Part shown: positions 27,051 to 39,359 of the stretch, piece by piece
Numbering within the stretch: the first letter of the stretch is position 1
Layout: every line of letters starts with the position of its first letter
Source of the DNA: Tubulanus polymorphus
Lineage: Eukaryota > Animalia > Nemertea
Assembly (NCBI RefSeq): GCF_964204645.1
Contig: NC_134029.1
Span: 13,418,850 to 13,482,849 of the forward strand
Direction of reading: 5' to 3'
Length of the DNA: 64,000 nt
The notes under the pieces: generated by a model
What the model saw: only the letters and a program-made list of their open reading frames with translations
Database searches by the model: none
Told to the model about the DNA's origin: nothing
Program-made: the position numbers and the translations under genes

Positions 27051-27580
27051 GACGACGACGACGACGACGACAACAACAACAACAACAACGATTATGATTA
27101 TGATTATGATTATGATTATGATTATGATTATGATTATGATTATGATTATGATTATGATTATGATTATGATTATGATTATGATTATGATTATGATTATGAT
27201 TATGATTATGATTATTATTATTATTATTATTATAATTATTATTATAATTATTATTATAATTATTATTATAATTATTATTTTAATTATTATCATAATTATT
27301 ATCATAATTATTATCATAATTATTATCATAATCATAATCATTAATCATAATCATAATCATAATCATAATCATAATCATAATCATAATCATAATCATAATC
27401 ATAATCATAATCATAATCATAATCATAATCATAATCATAATCATAATCATAATCATAATCATAATCATAATCATAATCATAATCATAATCATAATCATAA
27501 TCATAATCATAATCATAATCATAATCATAATCATAATCATAATCATAATCATAATCATAATCATAATCATAATCATAATC
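26959..27580. repeat. Compound microsatellite (AAT)n(GAC)n(AAC)n(GATTAT)n(TAT)n...(AATCAT)n
   Basis: Directly visible; occupies the microsatellite slot of the HINE. Confidence 0.97.
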
Positions 27581-28916
27581 AGCAGGAATAGGGTATCTGC
27601 GAAGGCAGCAGAAACCCTAATAAATTTTCTTCATTTATTTAAATCTTATTTGTCTGTGTATTATGATATAAATTGTTTTTATTTTTTTATGTGCACGTAC
27701 CGGTACGAGCTAACAATGAAGTTATCACTTCATTTGAATAAATTCTTAATCACACTAATTCTCAATATTTTTCTTTTCTTTGATAGTTCCTTGCAGCTTA
27801 TCATTTCCACGTTTCATACAAGTAGTAGATGAATGAAAGTGCAGTACTTAAGGCTGAACCTGGTAACTCAAATTAGGTGCTAGCACCGAACTTATGATTT
27901 TGATTTTATTTTCGGTGTCATTGAAGTTCGTAAATAAAGATTCAACCGTCATAGTATACTGTACTTAGCATAGCTTCGATTGGGTGTAATATTTCTACAA
28001 TACAAGGAGGAGGAGTCAATTAAAGGGTCTTCCCCGGGTATGGGTACAACCTGGTTTACTTTCTCTCTCAACTTGCTGGAGACTATTATCTGCATTCATT
28101 CTTGAATAGAAGAGGACAGTCAACTCCTCTTAATCCGTATAATTCGGACCTGGCTAAATCATACAGATTAACTGAAAATACGGATTACTTGAAGATTCTA
28201 AGAATATTAATACCTAGCCGAGTATAGGCAGGAAATAGCACTCAAGGGGTGTATTACACCGTAGTCATAAATTTCTTCACTTTGTAAATTGATTACTGTA
28301 GCATTTGCATCGATTTGTATAAGTTCAGAAAAAAAACGCAACTTGAATGCTATAGGTACGGTACATCGTTTTTCCATAATCCAATCGTTTGTGAGGGTAA
28401 TCTAGACAGGCGCGTTAAATGATTGGTTGAGGAAAGTGGGGAATTAATTCCCAAAGGGTAAAAAAGTAATCAACGAAGTTTTTTTTTCTCACTCTCACTT
28501 TGTTTGGATAATCAAATTAACTTGGTGCAAAGTAAAATTAACAATCACAAACGGCGGCTTGAATCTTATTACATGTACCGTGTATTATTTTGGCGCGAAA
28601 AAGAAGACACAGCGCAACCACATGCTCACATTCAATGACAGAAAATCAATAAATGTGTGTCCGGGGAACTTTTAGTACAGCATCTCAGCATGAAGTACGT
28701 ATCCTACACCATGTCGAACTCGATACGGAATAAGTGACAAGGAAACCATTGATTATGCATGAGTGGACCAAAATGTTTGTACTGATAAAGTGAAAATACG
28801 GATTATTTCATACGGATTAACTGAATTATTTATAAAGGATTTGAACACGAAAAAATGTGACTTTGAAAACTGGGATCCGCATTAAGAGGAGTCTACTGAG
28901 TAGAGTATATATTTTG

Positions 28917-29006
28917 AGCAACGTTTCGGCTAAACACTGTTCTGTTATTTCGTTTTGGCCTCGGTACGCCTGATGATAGCTAATAGTGTTTAGCCGAAAC
29001 GTTGCT
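28917..29006 (+). ncRNA. Penelope-type hammerhead motif with inverted partial copy
   Basis: CTGATGA (28970)-tagctaa/ttagcc-GAAACGTT (28996). A 22-bp perfect inverted copy agcaacgtttcggctaaacact lies at ~28917-28938. Confidence 0.55.
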
Positions 29007-29277
29007 AAAAAAATACTCGTCTTTTCACGAATTAATGCTTTACATCTGCCGGAATATGTTGTATGGAGCGGTGTTGTCATATCGCGGAAAGACGGAATCG
29101 CGGAATTTTCCAAAAACGCGGAATTTCTTCATTTTTACAATGAATAGTAAACGGGGTTTTCCCACGGGAATACCCACTGTCGGACAGGGCACCGGACCCA
29201 GGTTTTCAACACCGGGAATTAGTATTTGATAATTTATTATATCGTCAGTCAACAACTTAACGATACTGTTCCAAATA

Positions 29278-29367
29278 ATGGAGAACCTAGGCAATACGTG
29301 CTTTGCGAATTCAGTGATACAGAGTATCGCTGCATTAACTGAAGGAATACAAATCGATGGTACGTAA
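29278..29367 (+). pseudogene. Ubiquitin-specific protease (peptidase C19) Cys-box fragment inside the MULE
   Basis: Translates as MENLGNTCFANSVIQSIAALTEGIQIDG, followed by a possible donor GTACGT. Confidence 0.65.
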
Positions 29368-30008
29368 ACGTAGGATTTGTGATGACACCATGGGTCATTC
29401 TCCAGGACTCATTTCCGAGTTAAGATTTGACTCTGGTCTCTGGATTTAAAACATTGGAAATGAATTGATTCTAAGTAACTGAGAGTTAACTCACAACTGT
29501 GGAACTGGATCGATGTCAGACGAAAATAAATAGACATTATGTATATTTCATTCTGGCTTAGGATTGTTCATGCGTGTTGTGTGTCTACATTGTTGTTATA
29601 AGCGAATGTGGTTTATCTTTTAGAATTAAATGATATGAAAGATTATAAAATGGTTTCGTTTTTTTTAATGTTAACTTTGTGACTGCTATAACATATATGT
29701 CCCTATGCTGATTATTTGGATCAAAAGAATCTTATTGGTACCGGTACTGGACGGCCGTAAAATTATAATAATTGCGAAGGAATTTGAACCGGTACTTGTT
29801 TGGTCGTAGGATTTCATGTTTGCAACCATCTACAACTACGGTCCGACACCGCGAACGTGCTCAATATTTATCTGATAATATTCGTTTCTGAAGTTCTCAA
29901 AAAGTCGATGAACTTCGATAACCGAAGTTTGCCTAGTAGAAATAGACAATAGGTGCCTGGTCTCTTTCACCCCAATTGATTCTGACTTCTTCTACAGGTG
30001 GCAGCCAG

Positions 30009-30167
30009 GGCCACCTTCGGTTGTCTGAGTTAGTCGAGTATAGTCGAACTAAACGAAACCGAATGTCCGGTAGTCGGAACTATATTCCGGAAATAGTTCG
30101 AAAATCAAGCGCATTCGGTTATTAGTTCCGACCACTAGTTGACTAGATACGAAAACCGAATTTGGCC
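30009..30167. mobile_element. Harbinger-like MITE nested in the MULE
   Basis: cag|ggccaccttcggtt ... aaccgaatttggcc|cag: 3-bp CAG TSD and foldback interior. Confidence 0.55.
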
Positions 30168-31702
30168 CAGTCAACGGTATCGTAATATAATAATTCCATA
30201 TAAAATTGCCTGCAAATAATGGGATTCGAACCTAACTCGTTGTATCGATCGGTCCGGTGCCCTGTCCGACAGTGGGTATCCCCGTGGGAAAACCCGTTTA
30301 CTTTTTAAAGTAAAAATGAAGAAATTCCGCGTTTTTGGAAAAAATTCCGCGATTCCGTCTTTCCGCGATATGACAACACCGTGTATGGAGATGTTGATTG
30401 GGAAGACCACAGGCTCAAGAATTAAATAAATTTCATTTTTTTGCCGAACGATTTAGCCTACGCTGTATTGTTAAACCTCATTTATGCGATTTTGTTACAG
30501 ACGAAAAGTTAATTCTAATTTACATCATGTCGCAGCCAAAGATTTCACCAAATAATTCTTATCAATGTATAACATGCGACTATTTTGAATGAGCGCGACA
30601 CATATCCGGGATATGTGGATCCACAAGGGCTACCACGTAAAAAGTAGTGATGTACCTTAATTGTTTGGCGCTTTCATAGTTCGCTGGGAGTTGCATGAAC
30701 TAATCGTACCCATTGGCATGTGGTGCTTATGTGTGTATGTACTTTTACCATGTTTTTTATGTGATCTAGCTTTGAAACTGAATTAAACCACCTGTACTCA
30801 GTAGATGCTAATTGCTAGTTTCAACATGTATTCGTGAAGCATTTTGATAATAAAATATCTTGATTTGTTCTATCAAGAACTCAATATTCTGATGAGTTGA
30901 CGTTAAACAGAGATAAGAATATATCTCTGTTAATTCGATAAAAGATATCTGTTTTATTGAAATATTTGAATACATACGTATGTAAAGTTGTAGATCGCCA
31001 ATAAAGCACTATTATCAATATTATTATAAATTAATGACTGATGGAATCCCAAGCAATGAATCGCTTCAGGTCACATGTATGTAAGATGTCAGAAAACCCG
31101 TTATTGCCGCTTAACAGCTATATTTTACATTTGATTTGGAAGGTAATCTTGCTTAGGAGTCAGTTTGTCAAAGCACGGAAGCAATACAGTCTTACTTGTT
31201 TATGTCTCAGTTGCAGCGGGGCTGGGCGCTCATTATATTGCTCACTTAAATCACTTATACTGCCCAATGTTTTTCACTGTGTAAACTCCATCGTACTAGG
31301 TATACAGGGGCATTGAGGAATTGAATTTTAGGCACCTGAGCCCTCAACTTGATTCAAGCAAAAAAAAAATTAACTGTCTTCACAGAATTTTATTATGAGT
31401 CTAGGATTTTCTAAATTGCTGAATGCTTTCTGCTCTGGTTTTAAGGTCAATTCAAATTCAATCTTGAATACATAAAAATAAGTCAAATAAATATTCATTT
31501 TATTGAAAGAATTCTACTGAACACAGATTTTGAAATGTATGATGTGTTTGTTGATTTATCCAGGCAAAATAATTACAGCAAAATCAACTGACGATCAACG
31601 AGGTGAAGTTTTCATTTATCTTCGGATAATTTGTCTACCCCTGATGATACAAGCATTTTGGCTACACCTTTTGAAACCTCAACGCTTTATCTACTCGCGC
31701 CG

Positions 31703-34700
31703 ATAATTGCACTAACAACAGTAATTAATAATAAAATAATATGTTCAGCAGCAAAGTTAATAATATTTCCTGCAGATTTCAATATATCCAACCAACAATC
31801 GATGCAATAATTCCGGGAAAAGCTGCTGCAGATTTTTTAGATAGTTCCCATAGATATTTTGCTAATTTCTTTAATCCATCTTTTAACTTTATCTTGTATT
31901 GAATTATTATGACTTGGAGGTTTATCTGGTTTATTGGGTGTAGGCGTAGATTTCAGTGAATTTGATATTGCTAAACCAATTGTTGTAAATAACATAGTTA
32001 CAGCTGTTAGAATTGAAAGAATTGTTATTCCTTCTAATTTAAATAATAATCTAATTCTATCTTTTAATGACATTTCAGAATTTGGTTTTATCAACAAATC
32101 TTTAAAAATAACTTTTAATTTTTTAATATGATTAAGATCATATGATTTTTATAATATGTCTCTTTCTTTGGTAATTCTTTGTTTTATTTTAAATCATCAA
32201 TTTCTTTTTCTAAAGCTAACTTTCTGCTTTCATAATCAGCTTCATCAAGATTTTTATCTAATTCTAATTGTTTTAATTCTTCATTTGCATTAGTTCATTC
32301 TTTTTCTAACATCATGGTTATTTAAGAAAATCTCATCTTAATATTAGCAATTTCACCAGCTGAGTCTTGCATACCTTTAATTTCTCTACGTGCTTGTTCA
32401 GGAAATATTTTTAATTGTTCTTCATTTAAATCAAGTAATCCTTTTTTTAATAAAGATTGCATTCGATTTGTTCCAGTTTCAGTACCAGGTGTATCTAAAA
32501 TACTATTCATATCTTCTTCAATTGAATTCATTGTATCCAGTAAGTTATCTAAATGTTTTCCTAATTGTAATTTACTTGAATCATTATCAATTTGTTGAAT
32601 ATCTCGATGTTTCTGGTGTTGAAGTTCTTAATTAATCTAATCGATCTCCATACTCTTCCATTTCTGGATCAACATAAGTAGGATTTAAATTTGGATTTTT
32701 AAATGGTGAATATTTGTTAATATCGATACCAACATTTGGTTATTCTTCAATTATTCTATCGAGTGCATTCCATATAATTCTGAGTAATTCTGAACCACCT
32801 TTTGAACGTTCAATTGTAGATCCTACACGCATTCCAGGTTCAAAAATATTTTCTTGACCCATTCTAGATAATTGTATTGATGCAGTTTTGTTATTTAATT
32901 CAACATTATAAAACCATGCATCATTTTTAAATTCTAATTAATTATTCATGAAATGTGGATCATCTTTTAAAATTTGCATTACAATATCTTCTGTATCAAC
33001 TTTATCTATTACATCTTTTGGGTAATAATTCGTTAACAATTGTATCTATTACTCTACTTTTCATTCCATATAATTGCCCTTTCCAATAAGGATCAGTTGT
33101 ATTTACTAATCTATTCATTAAATCTTTTCTAAATGGTTCGGGTTTAATAACTTCCCTTTCGGGAGCTGTCATATATTCTTTCAATTTTTCACGCGTTTCG
33201 TAATCAATTACACCATCATCTTCATCAGCTAAACTAGAATTATATGATGGATCATCATCTTCATCATTATTTAAATTATTATTATATACTGATCCTTCAT
33301 CATTATCAATATTAGTTTCATTAAAATCAGGTTGTGGTTCATCACTTATACCAGGGGCGTCACCAAAAGTATCCATTGGAATATCTGCTTCCATTTATAA
33401 AATAAAAAATTAAAATTTGAAATATAATATTCCTCCTATTACAATTCCTATACAAGATATAGCTAATTTAGAATTTTCATGTGATTTATTATCATTATAA
33501 CCTTAAATTATTTCATGTTCAATAATATCAGTTTTTATATTTTCTGATGTATTGTAATCTTTTATTTTAGAATCATTATCCAATTTAGGGTTTTAGTTTC
33601 TGTTGATTTAATATGTTTTTTAATTTTTTCACCTTCCATTAATTTTGGAGCAGTATTAATCATTTTATTTATATCATTCAATCCAAATGAATTATTGATT
33701 GTTGCAGTTTTAATTAGATTATTATAACCAATTATATTTCCCATCTTTAAAACTAAATCATTTGAAATAATTAATAGATTAGGACCTATACAATAATTTA
33801 ATCTCACATGAGATTTATCTAAATAATTTTGATATCTTTTGATATGTTTTCTGGAATCGATCTGTTTTTATCATTATGAATTGAATATTCAAATAAAACT
33901 TTAAATTGTTTCTGCGCGTCAAATGAAGTGTTATCATTTCCAACTATTGGGGATATTGTTTCAACCTGTGCACTTAGAATACAAATCAAATATATTCTAA
34001 TAGATTGATTTATTCTTTGTATACCTGATTTAGTAAAACCTTCACTATTATCTAAAATAAAATAAACCCAACCATCATTATTATCAATTTTATAATTATG
34101 ATAAGCACCAACTCTATGCATATAATCAATTCTTTTTATTTCAAACTGTTCAGCAGAGAATCAACAACGGACAACAAGAATTCTTAAAACAAAACGCGTT
34201 ACAAATTTATTCTAACGTTACTTCTACAGTTAATTAGAGTAAAGTTCGTTCACACTTCTCCAGTAGTGAGCTGTGGTGGTATCCGAGTAGATCGCGATCT
34301 TGATGTGTGCACACTGATCAACGTATGACGAGCCTTCCAGGATATAGTGAATGTTGATGACCGTAAGTTAACCGCACTAACTGACGTAGCTTGAGTGCGG
34401 GAGGTTTCGAGACACACACACAATTGACGTATCTGAGTGGACATAATCCACAAACTAAAAGACAACAACAGTTACTGTTACGACATTTATGAGGGTCATA
34501 AACCCTGCAAACCAAACGTGCGTTTCAATGGTAACGTTATTTGATTATAATACAAAGATTTATCCGAAGATAGTACAATACAATGGTTTATCTATCAAGC
34601 AATTTGCTTGGAATGATTATTAAGAATAAATATTAGAATAGTTTAACTTACCCCGTGAACAGCACACATGTGTTAATATATTACACCCAATACGGTGTCC

Positions 34701-35258
34701 TAACAGCTGGACGGGTTTGTCGTGTCTAGTGAAACGACGCTTAAACCAAATCTTATATAGAATTGACCGCTATGGTTGAATGGTCACATTGAGAAAGGTG
34801 CGCTGATCCCAACCAACACACAGCTAGCTATAAGCTATGCATGCATCCAGAATGCATGAATATTAGAAGCTATGAATGCAAGGTCGTGACACCAACTGAT
34901 AGTAATGCTCCATTATATAAACCAGTTATTGTCCACTTATTATCACTCATTTATTAATCAAAAAAATTACCATCTTCAAAATATTTACTTATCTTAGTGA
35001 TAATTATTTCTACATTTATTTCATTACTACTTATATGTTTATCATATATTTCAGTTAATATGTGTTTAATATCATCGATAATTCCATCTTCATTTAATTC
35101 ATAATATTCTAAGGGTGTTTTAATTAAATCAATTACTTTTTCTATATTATAATTTTCTTTATTAATCATTGATGCATTGTTAAACGATTTACTTTTAATA
35201 TCAGTAATTACATCATTTACTTTAATTCTCATTTCTTATCCATGTTTAAAATCAAACC
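31703..35258 (-). mobile_element. Decayed internal fragment of a related Polinton copy
   Basis: 31703-~34085 aligns by eye to 45485-~47825 (coiled-coil/TM gene and 440-aa gene), and 34892-35258 to ~49578-49945. Many frameshifts; no TIRs. Confidence 0.9.
34147..34891 (-). mobile_element. Putative solo LTR
   Basis: Minus strand starts TGTCACGACC and ends TGAACA, with AATAAA ~60 bp before the end. Higher GC than the Polinton flanks; flanks caaac/ccaac are an imperfect TSD. Confidence 0.5.
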
Positions 35259-37361
35259 TCACTGACCGAGGCTACAATATTGTAGCCTAGGTCGGTTCAC
35301 TGCATGAACTTTGCTTGCGATTACTGGCCCAACCCCAGTCGGTTGTTTTTACAGTATTTGAAGTACTGGCCAATTGGATGTTACCATAAATAAACAGTAT
35401 TTTGAAGATGTGGTGACAGAGAGAATCTGTTTTTATTTCGTCTTGAGAAGGTCCTACTGTTCGCTATTCTGTGTCAAAATATGAATTGAAATATAAAGGA
35501 TGGAGTTAGTTTCCTTTCCCGACACTGTAGTTATGCTTTTAATCATGAAGGATAATTATGTTATAGCAATTATAGTGATAACCTACGACAGGTTCAAATT
35601 CACGTATTAGAAAACGACAATTATCTTTAAATTCCAAATTTAATTTGGAAAGCGGCGTTTATGCGCACGATTCCGAAAATGTCAGAATTCCGAAAACTAG
35701 GGATTCACACGGTTAGAATGTTAACTAAATAAGTTTCGTCCGAGCAAATGATTACTTTAAGAAACTAACGGCGAAACTTCACGGGTTGGTGCGGTCTGTG
35801 CGCTGCATGAACGGGTTTTTGGTATCAAATGTAAAATATCGGCCGGGTACATGTTCGGATTTGTACCGATACATTGAGTTTAGTTCAATTTTTTGATCAT
35901 TATAGTTTAGGAGCTCTGTGTGACGTCACTTAGCGCGCTGATCAAAAATAGTCTGCACACTGTGAGCATCACATGTTGCTTGGTTTTAAAGGACAGTGTG
36001 CTAATTGACTATACATGAAAAAGGGCTTGCCCAAAATTCTCTTCCTGACAGAGGAATGTATAATCGCACTGATATAGCTGTCTTGCTAGGTTGAAGGGTG
36101 TTTGAACTTCGCCGAATTCAGTTAAAATTCAATGAAATACCATAATTAATAAAATCTTATTGACGGAAATTTACCGCTATATCTAAGTTATTTTTCAGTG
36201 CGTTTTAAAATTACATTGAATTCATCGTTCGAGGTCAATGATGGCGCAAAAAAATTTAAATTGAGTCCAGTTGGGAGAATATTCCCTTACTTTAGGGTGA
36301 TTTAGTATTTTATGAATCAAGAAATTATTTACAATGGACTAATTTTCTGCTAGCAGCAAAACAACACACTGTTATCTGAACTGTCAATCATTACGTCGTG
36401 TCTAGTATATATAGACTAAAAAAGGATGCGTGGTTCCCACGCGAGAACCAAACAAGACGGTTGTTAGTGGACGTACTCAAGTTGGATGGTCAGGAGTCAA
36501 CAACGGTTTAAATAATTTATAAAAACAGATGTAAGCAGTTGTAAACTTAGAGGAAATATCAACATATATACACAATTGTGTCTAACTTTCTCCTGTCTGG
36601 TTTTATGTTAAATATATATTTTGTTTGAATAAATATTGAATAAAAAATCTGTTTCTTATCGAAGTCCTTGATTCGTGCTTGAATATATACATAAGATTTT
36701 ACAAATGAACACAAAGATATAACAAGAATTGAGGTCTTGGTTATTCGGTGACAAGTCGAATCGTTTGGAACTAAGAAAAATCCTCAGACTTAGAAAAGTC
36801 TGACTTAAGTTGAATTTCCGAAAAGTACGACTACTAATTGTTTCTGTTATCGGAAATTAAATCAACATCTACATCTAATGTATCTATTGATACGAAACGG
36901 TTTTAGGACCGTAGATTGATTGAAAGTTACGGAGAGGGAGGGGTAGCTCTATCGCATTAAAACATTATTGCTCAGTTATACATATGGCATTCATCCATTT
37001 AGCTCAAACAACAAACACACTTCTGCGCAGAAAAATACCAAGGCTATATATGCTTAATCATGTATTTCATTGATACAGACAATAAAATCGCTGTCCGCGT
37101 TTTGTCCCCTTGCTTAAGTCACGTTTGTTATCTAATACAAATTAATAATGGTCAGCAGAATTTAAGGGCTTTCACCGATGAGTAGTAGCCTATCTGTCAT
37201 GAGGCCTGATCATGCACATGTGTTATATTAGAAATACAATATAGCTTTTCAATTTTTTAGGCGAAACGTTGCTTTAAATATATTCGCCGCGTCTTGATTT
37301 TCTTGAGGGATTTCTCTTGATTGTTAAAACAATATCAAATCATCCTGTCTCAAAAAGTATG

Positions 37362-37950
37362 AGTAATAGGGGTAATGGGCTTTCAGATCAAAGGTCGAAC
37401 GGTCGAGCTCATTAAAAAACAAAACATTAAAAGTAATTTAAAACTATAATATATTTTCATAACCGTGTGTATTTTATATTATAACTAAATATTTATTCTA
37501 AGATATCAATAATTTAAAAAGCATATTGTATTAATTCAATTGGTCGCTCCACTTCGCTACCGCTCCGCTCCGCGACCAATTGATTTATTTACAATACACA
37601 AATTCATATAATCAAATATATTCAAATAATAATAATATTCAACTGAAATGCACACGGTTATGAAAATATATTATAGTTTTAAATTACTTTTAATATATGT
37701 TTTTAATGAACTCGACCATTCAACCTTTGATATGAAAGCCCATTACCCCTATTACTCTTAAAATAATCATATAAATGAATAACATTTAAATCATTGAACT
37801 TCTAAAATCAATTTTAATAAAAAATTTAGTATTAAAATGGAAGCAAATAAGTACTACTGACCAACATGTAATATCAATATAGATAAATCCCAAAAAGCAA
37901 GACACAATAAAACTAAAACACATTTAGAGAATAAATTGAAACTAGAATAT
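37362..37950 (+). repeat. Left TIR (palindromic unit 37362-37756 plus copy of the pPolB start)
   Basis: Reverse complement of 55081-55684. Confidence 0.93.
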
Positions 37951-38886
37951 TTACAGTTATATTCAGAACAGTTAACAAAGGCAAAGAAATTTATTGAATT
38001 ATGGAATAATGATCCAAATAATGAACAACAATACGTTGAGTAATTTGATATCAAGGATCCGATGTTTATACTAGAACATGATTCTATTTGAACCTATATA
38101 CATTCTATTTAAAGAGCTATGGAATAAATCTATAAATTCACAGCTGTTACAGCCGTTACTATGACGCCGAGACATTATGACTCATAATATTACAAACGTG
38201 TAGAGAAAATTCTAGAAAGGTGTGCTGGAACTCTGAATAGAGATGACATGTCATAATCAGAAACGTGTAGAATATTCTATAAAAGGCGCGCCGGAACCAG
38301 ATGACGTGGCATAATCAACGGCGTGTTCATTCTAGAAATCGCCCCGGAAATGAACAGACGCTGTAACATTGTGCTCAGGATATTCTATCTATCGAAACGA
38401 AATTAGGAGTTTATAGTTTACAATTATAAATCTAAATGTAAGTACTGTTTTTTGTAGTTATTGGGGCTATTAAATATGAAACCTTTAGATATATTTAAGT
38501 GTATTTAGTATATCTTTTAGATGGCTAGAGTTGCCGCTAATATCTTTTAGATTAATAAAACGCCATACGCATCAAGAAGTGATAGAGAAACTCAAGATAC
38601 TCTTTCTGACTGAGGAATCAACAGCAATGGAGATATCGACGAACCAATAAGAATTAGCACAAGAAACACAAGAATCGCCAAAAGATCGACGAAGAAACTA
38701 TATAAGAATTTCAAAAACATTAAGACTCCAATGATTAAGTTTAACATTTGTTGATGTAGTTAAATATATACCAGCAATTGAAAAAATGCTTGTAATTATA
38801 AATTGTATTTATAGAAATCAAATGATGTATTGGAAGAAATGACTGAACAACTTGTATAATGTATTGTGTAAATCTGTTTGGTGAAT

Positions 38887-39235
38887 TTTTATGTTCGGTC
38901 GTTTCTATTTCTAGAATGAATATATAATTAGGATTAACGCATGCGCATTAAGCAAAAGCGCGCACGAATGCGCGGTTTGCTCAGTGGTATGATTCAGATA
39001 TTTTATGTCGGTTGTTTCTATTTACATAATGAATATATAATTATGATTAACGCATGCGCATTAAGCAAAAGCGCGCATGAATGCGCGGTTTGCCCAATGC
39101 GAACACGTTTTGATATTTTCTGTGTTCGGTTGTTTCTATTTTACAGAATTTATAGAATGAATATATAATTATGATTAACGCATGCGCATTAAGCAAAACC
39201 GCGCACGAATGCGCGGTTTGCTCAGTGGTATTATT
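38887..39235 (+). repeat. Three ~115-120-bp tandem repeats inside the Polinton
   Basis: aatgaatatataattatgattaacgcatgcgcattaagcaaaagcgcgcacgaatgcgcggtttgc occurs three times. Confidence 0.9.
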
Positions 39236-39359
39236 TAGATATAAAGGAATCGAAACAACTTATCAAAAGCAGCGAGGAATGAAAAAGGATGACGTTGGTC
39301 GAAGAAATGGAAGAGGATTCTAAAATATTAACCAATTTAGTAAAAAATACATATAATAA

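Larger units (their letters stand above)
20252..27622 (-). mobile_element. Helentron-associated non-autonomous element (HINE/DINE-1-like) with tandemly duplicated body
   Basis: SubTIRs gggtttctgc (20278-20287) and gcagaaaccc (27608-27617); terminal stem-loop gctgcaaagcagc (20259-20271); partial IR and microsatellite at the other end. Body duplicated: 20280-22027 resembles 22028-26948 minus a nested insert. Confidence 0.75.
29069..30381. mobile_element. Non-autonomous Mutator-like element (MULE)
   Basis: ~130-bp TIRs cggtgttgtcatatcgcggaaagacgg... and perfect 9-bp TSD TGTATGGAG (29060-29068, 30382-30390). Confidence 0.88.

Noticed and set aside
26834-27591. Poly-I/N/H/DY ORFs in the track
   Set aside because: They are translations of the microsatellite.
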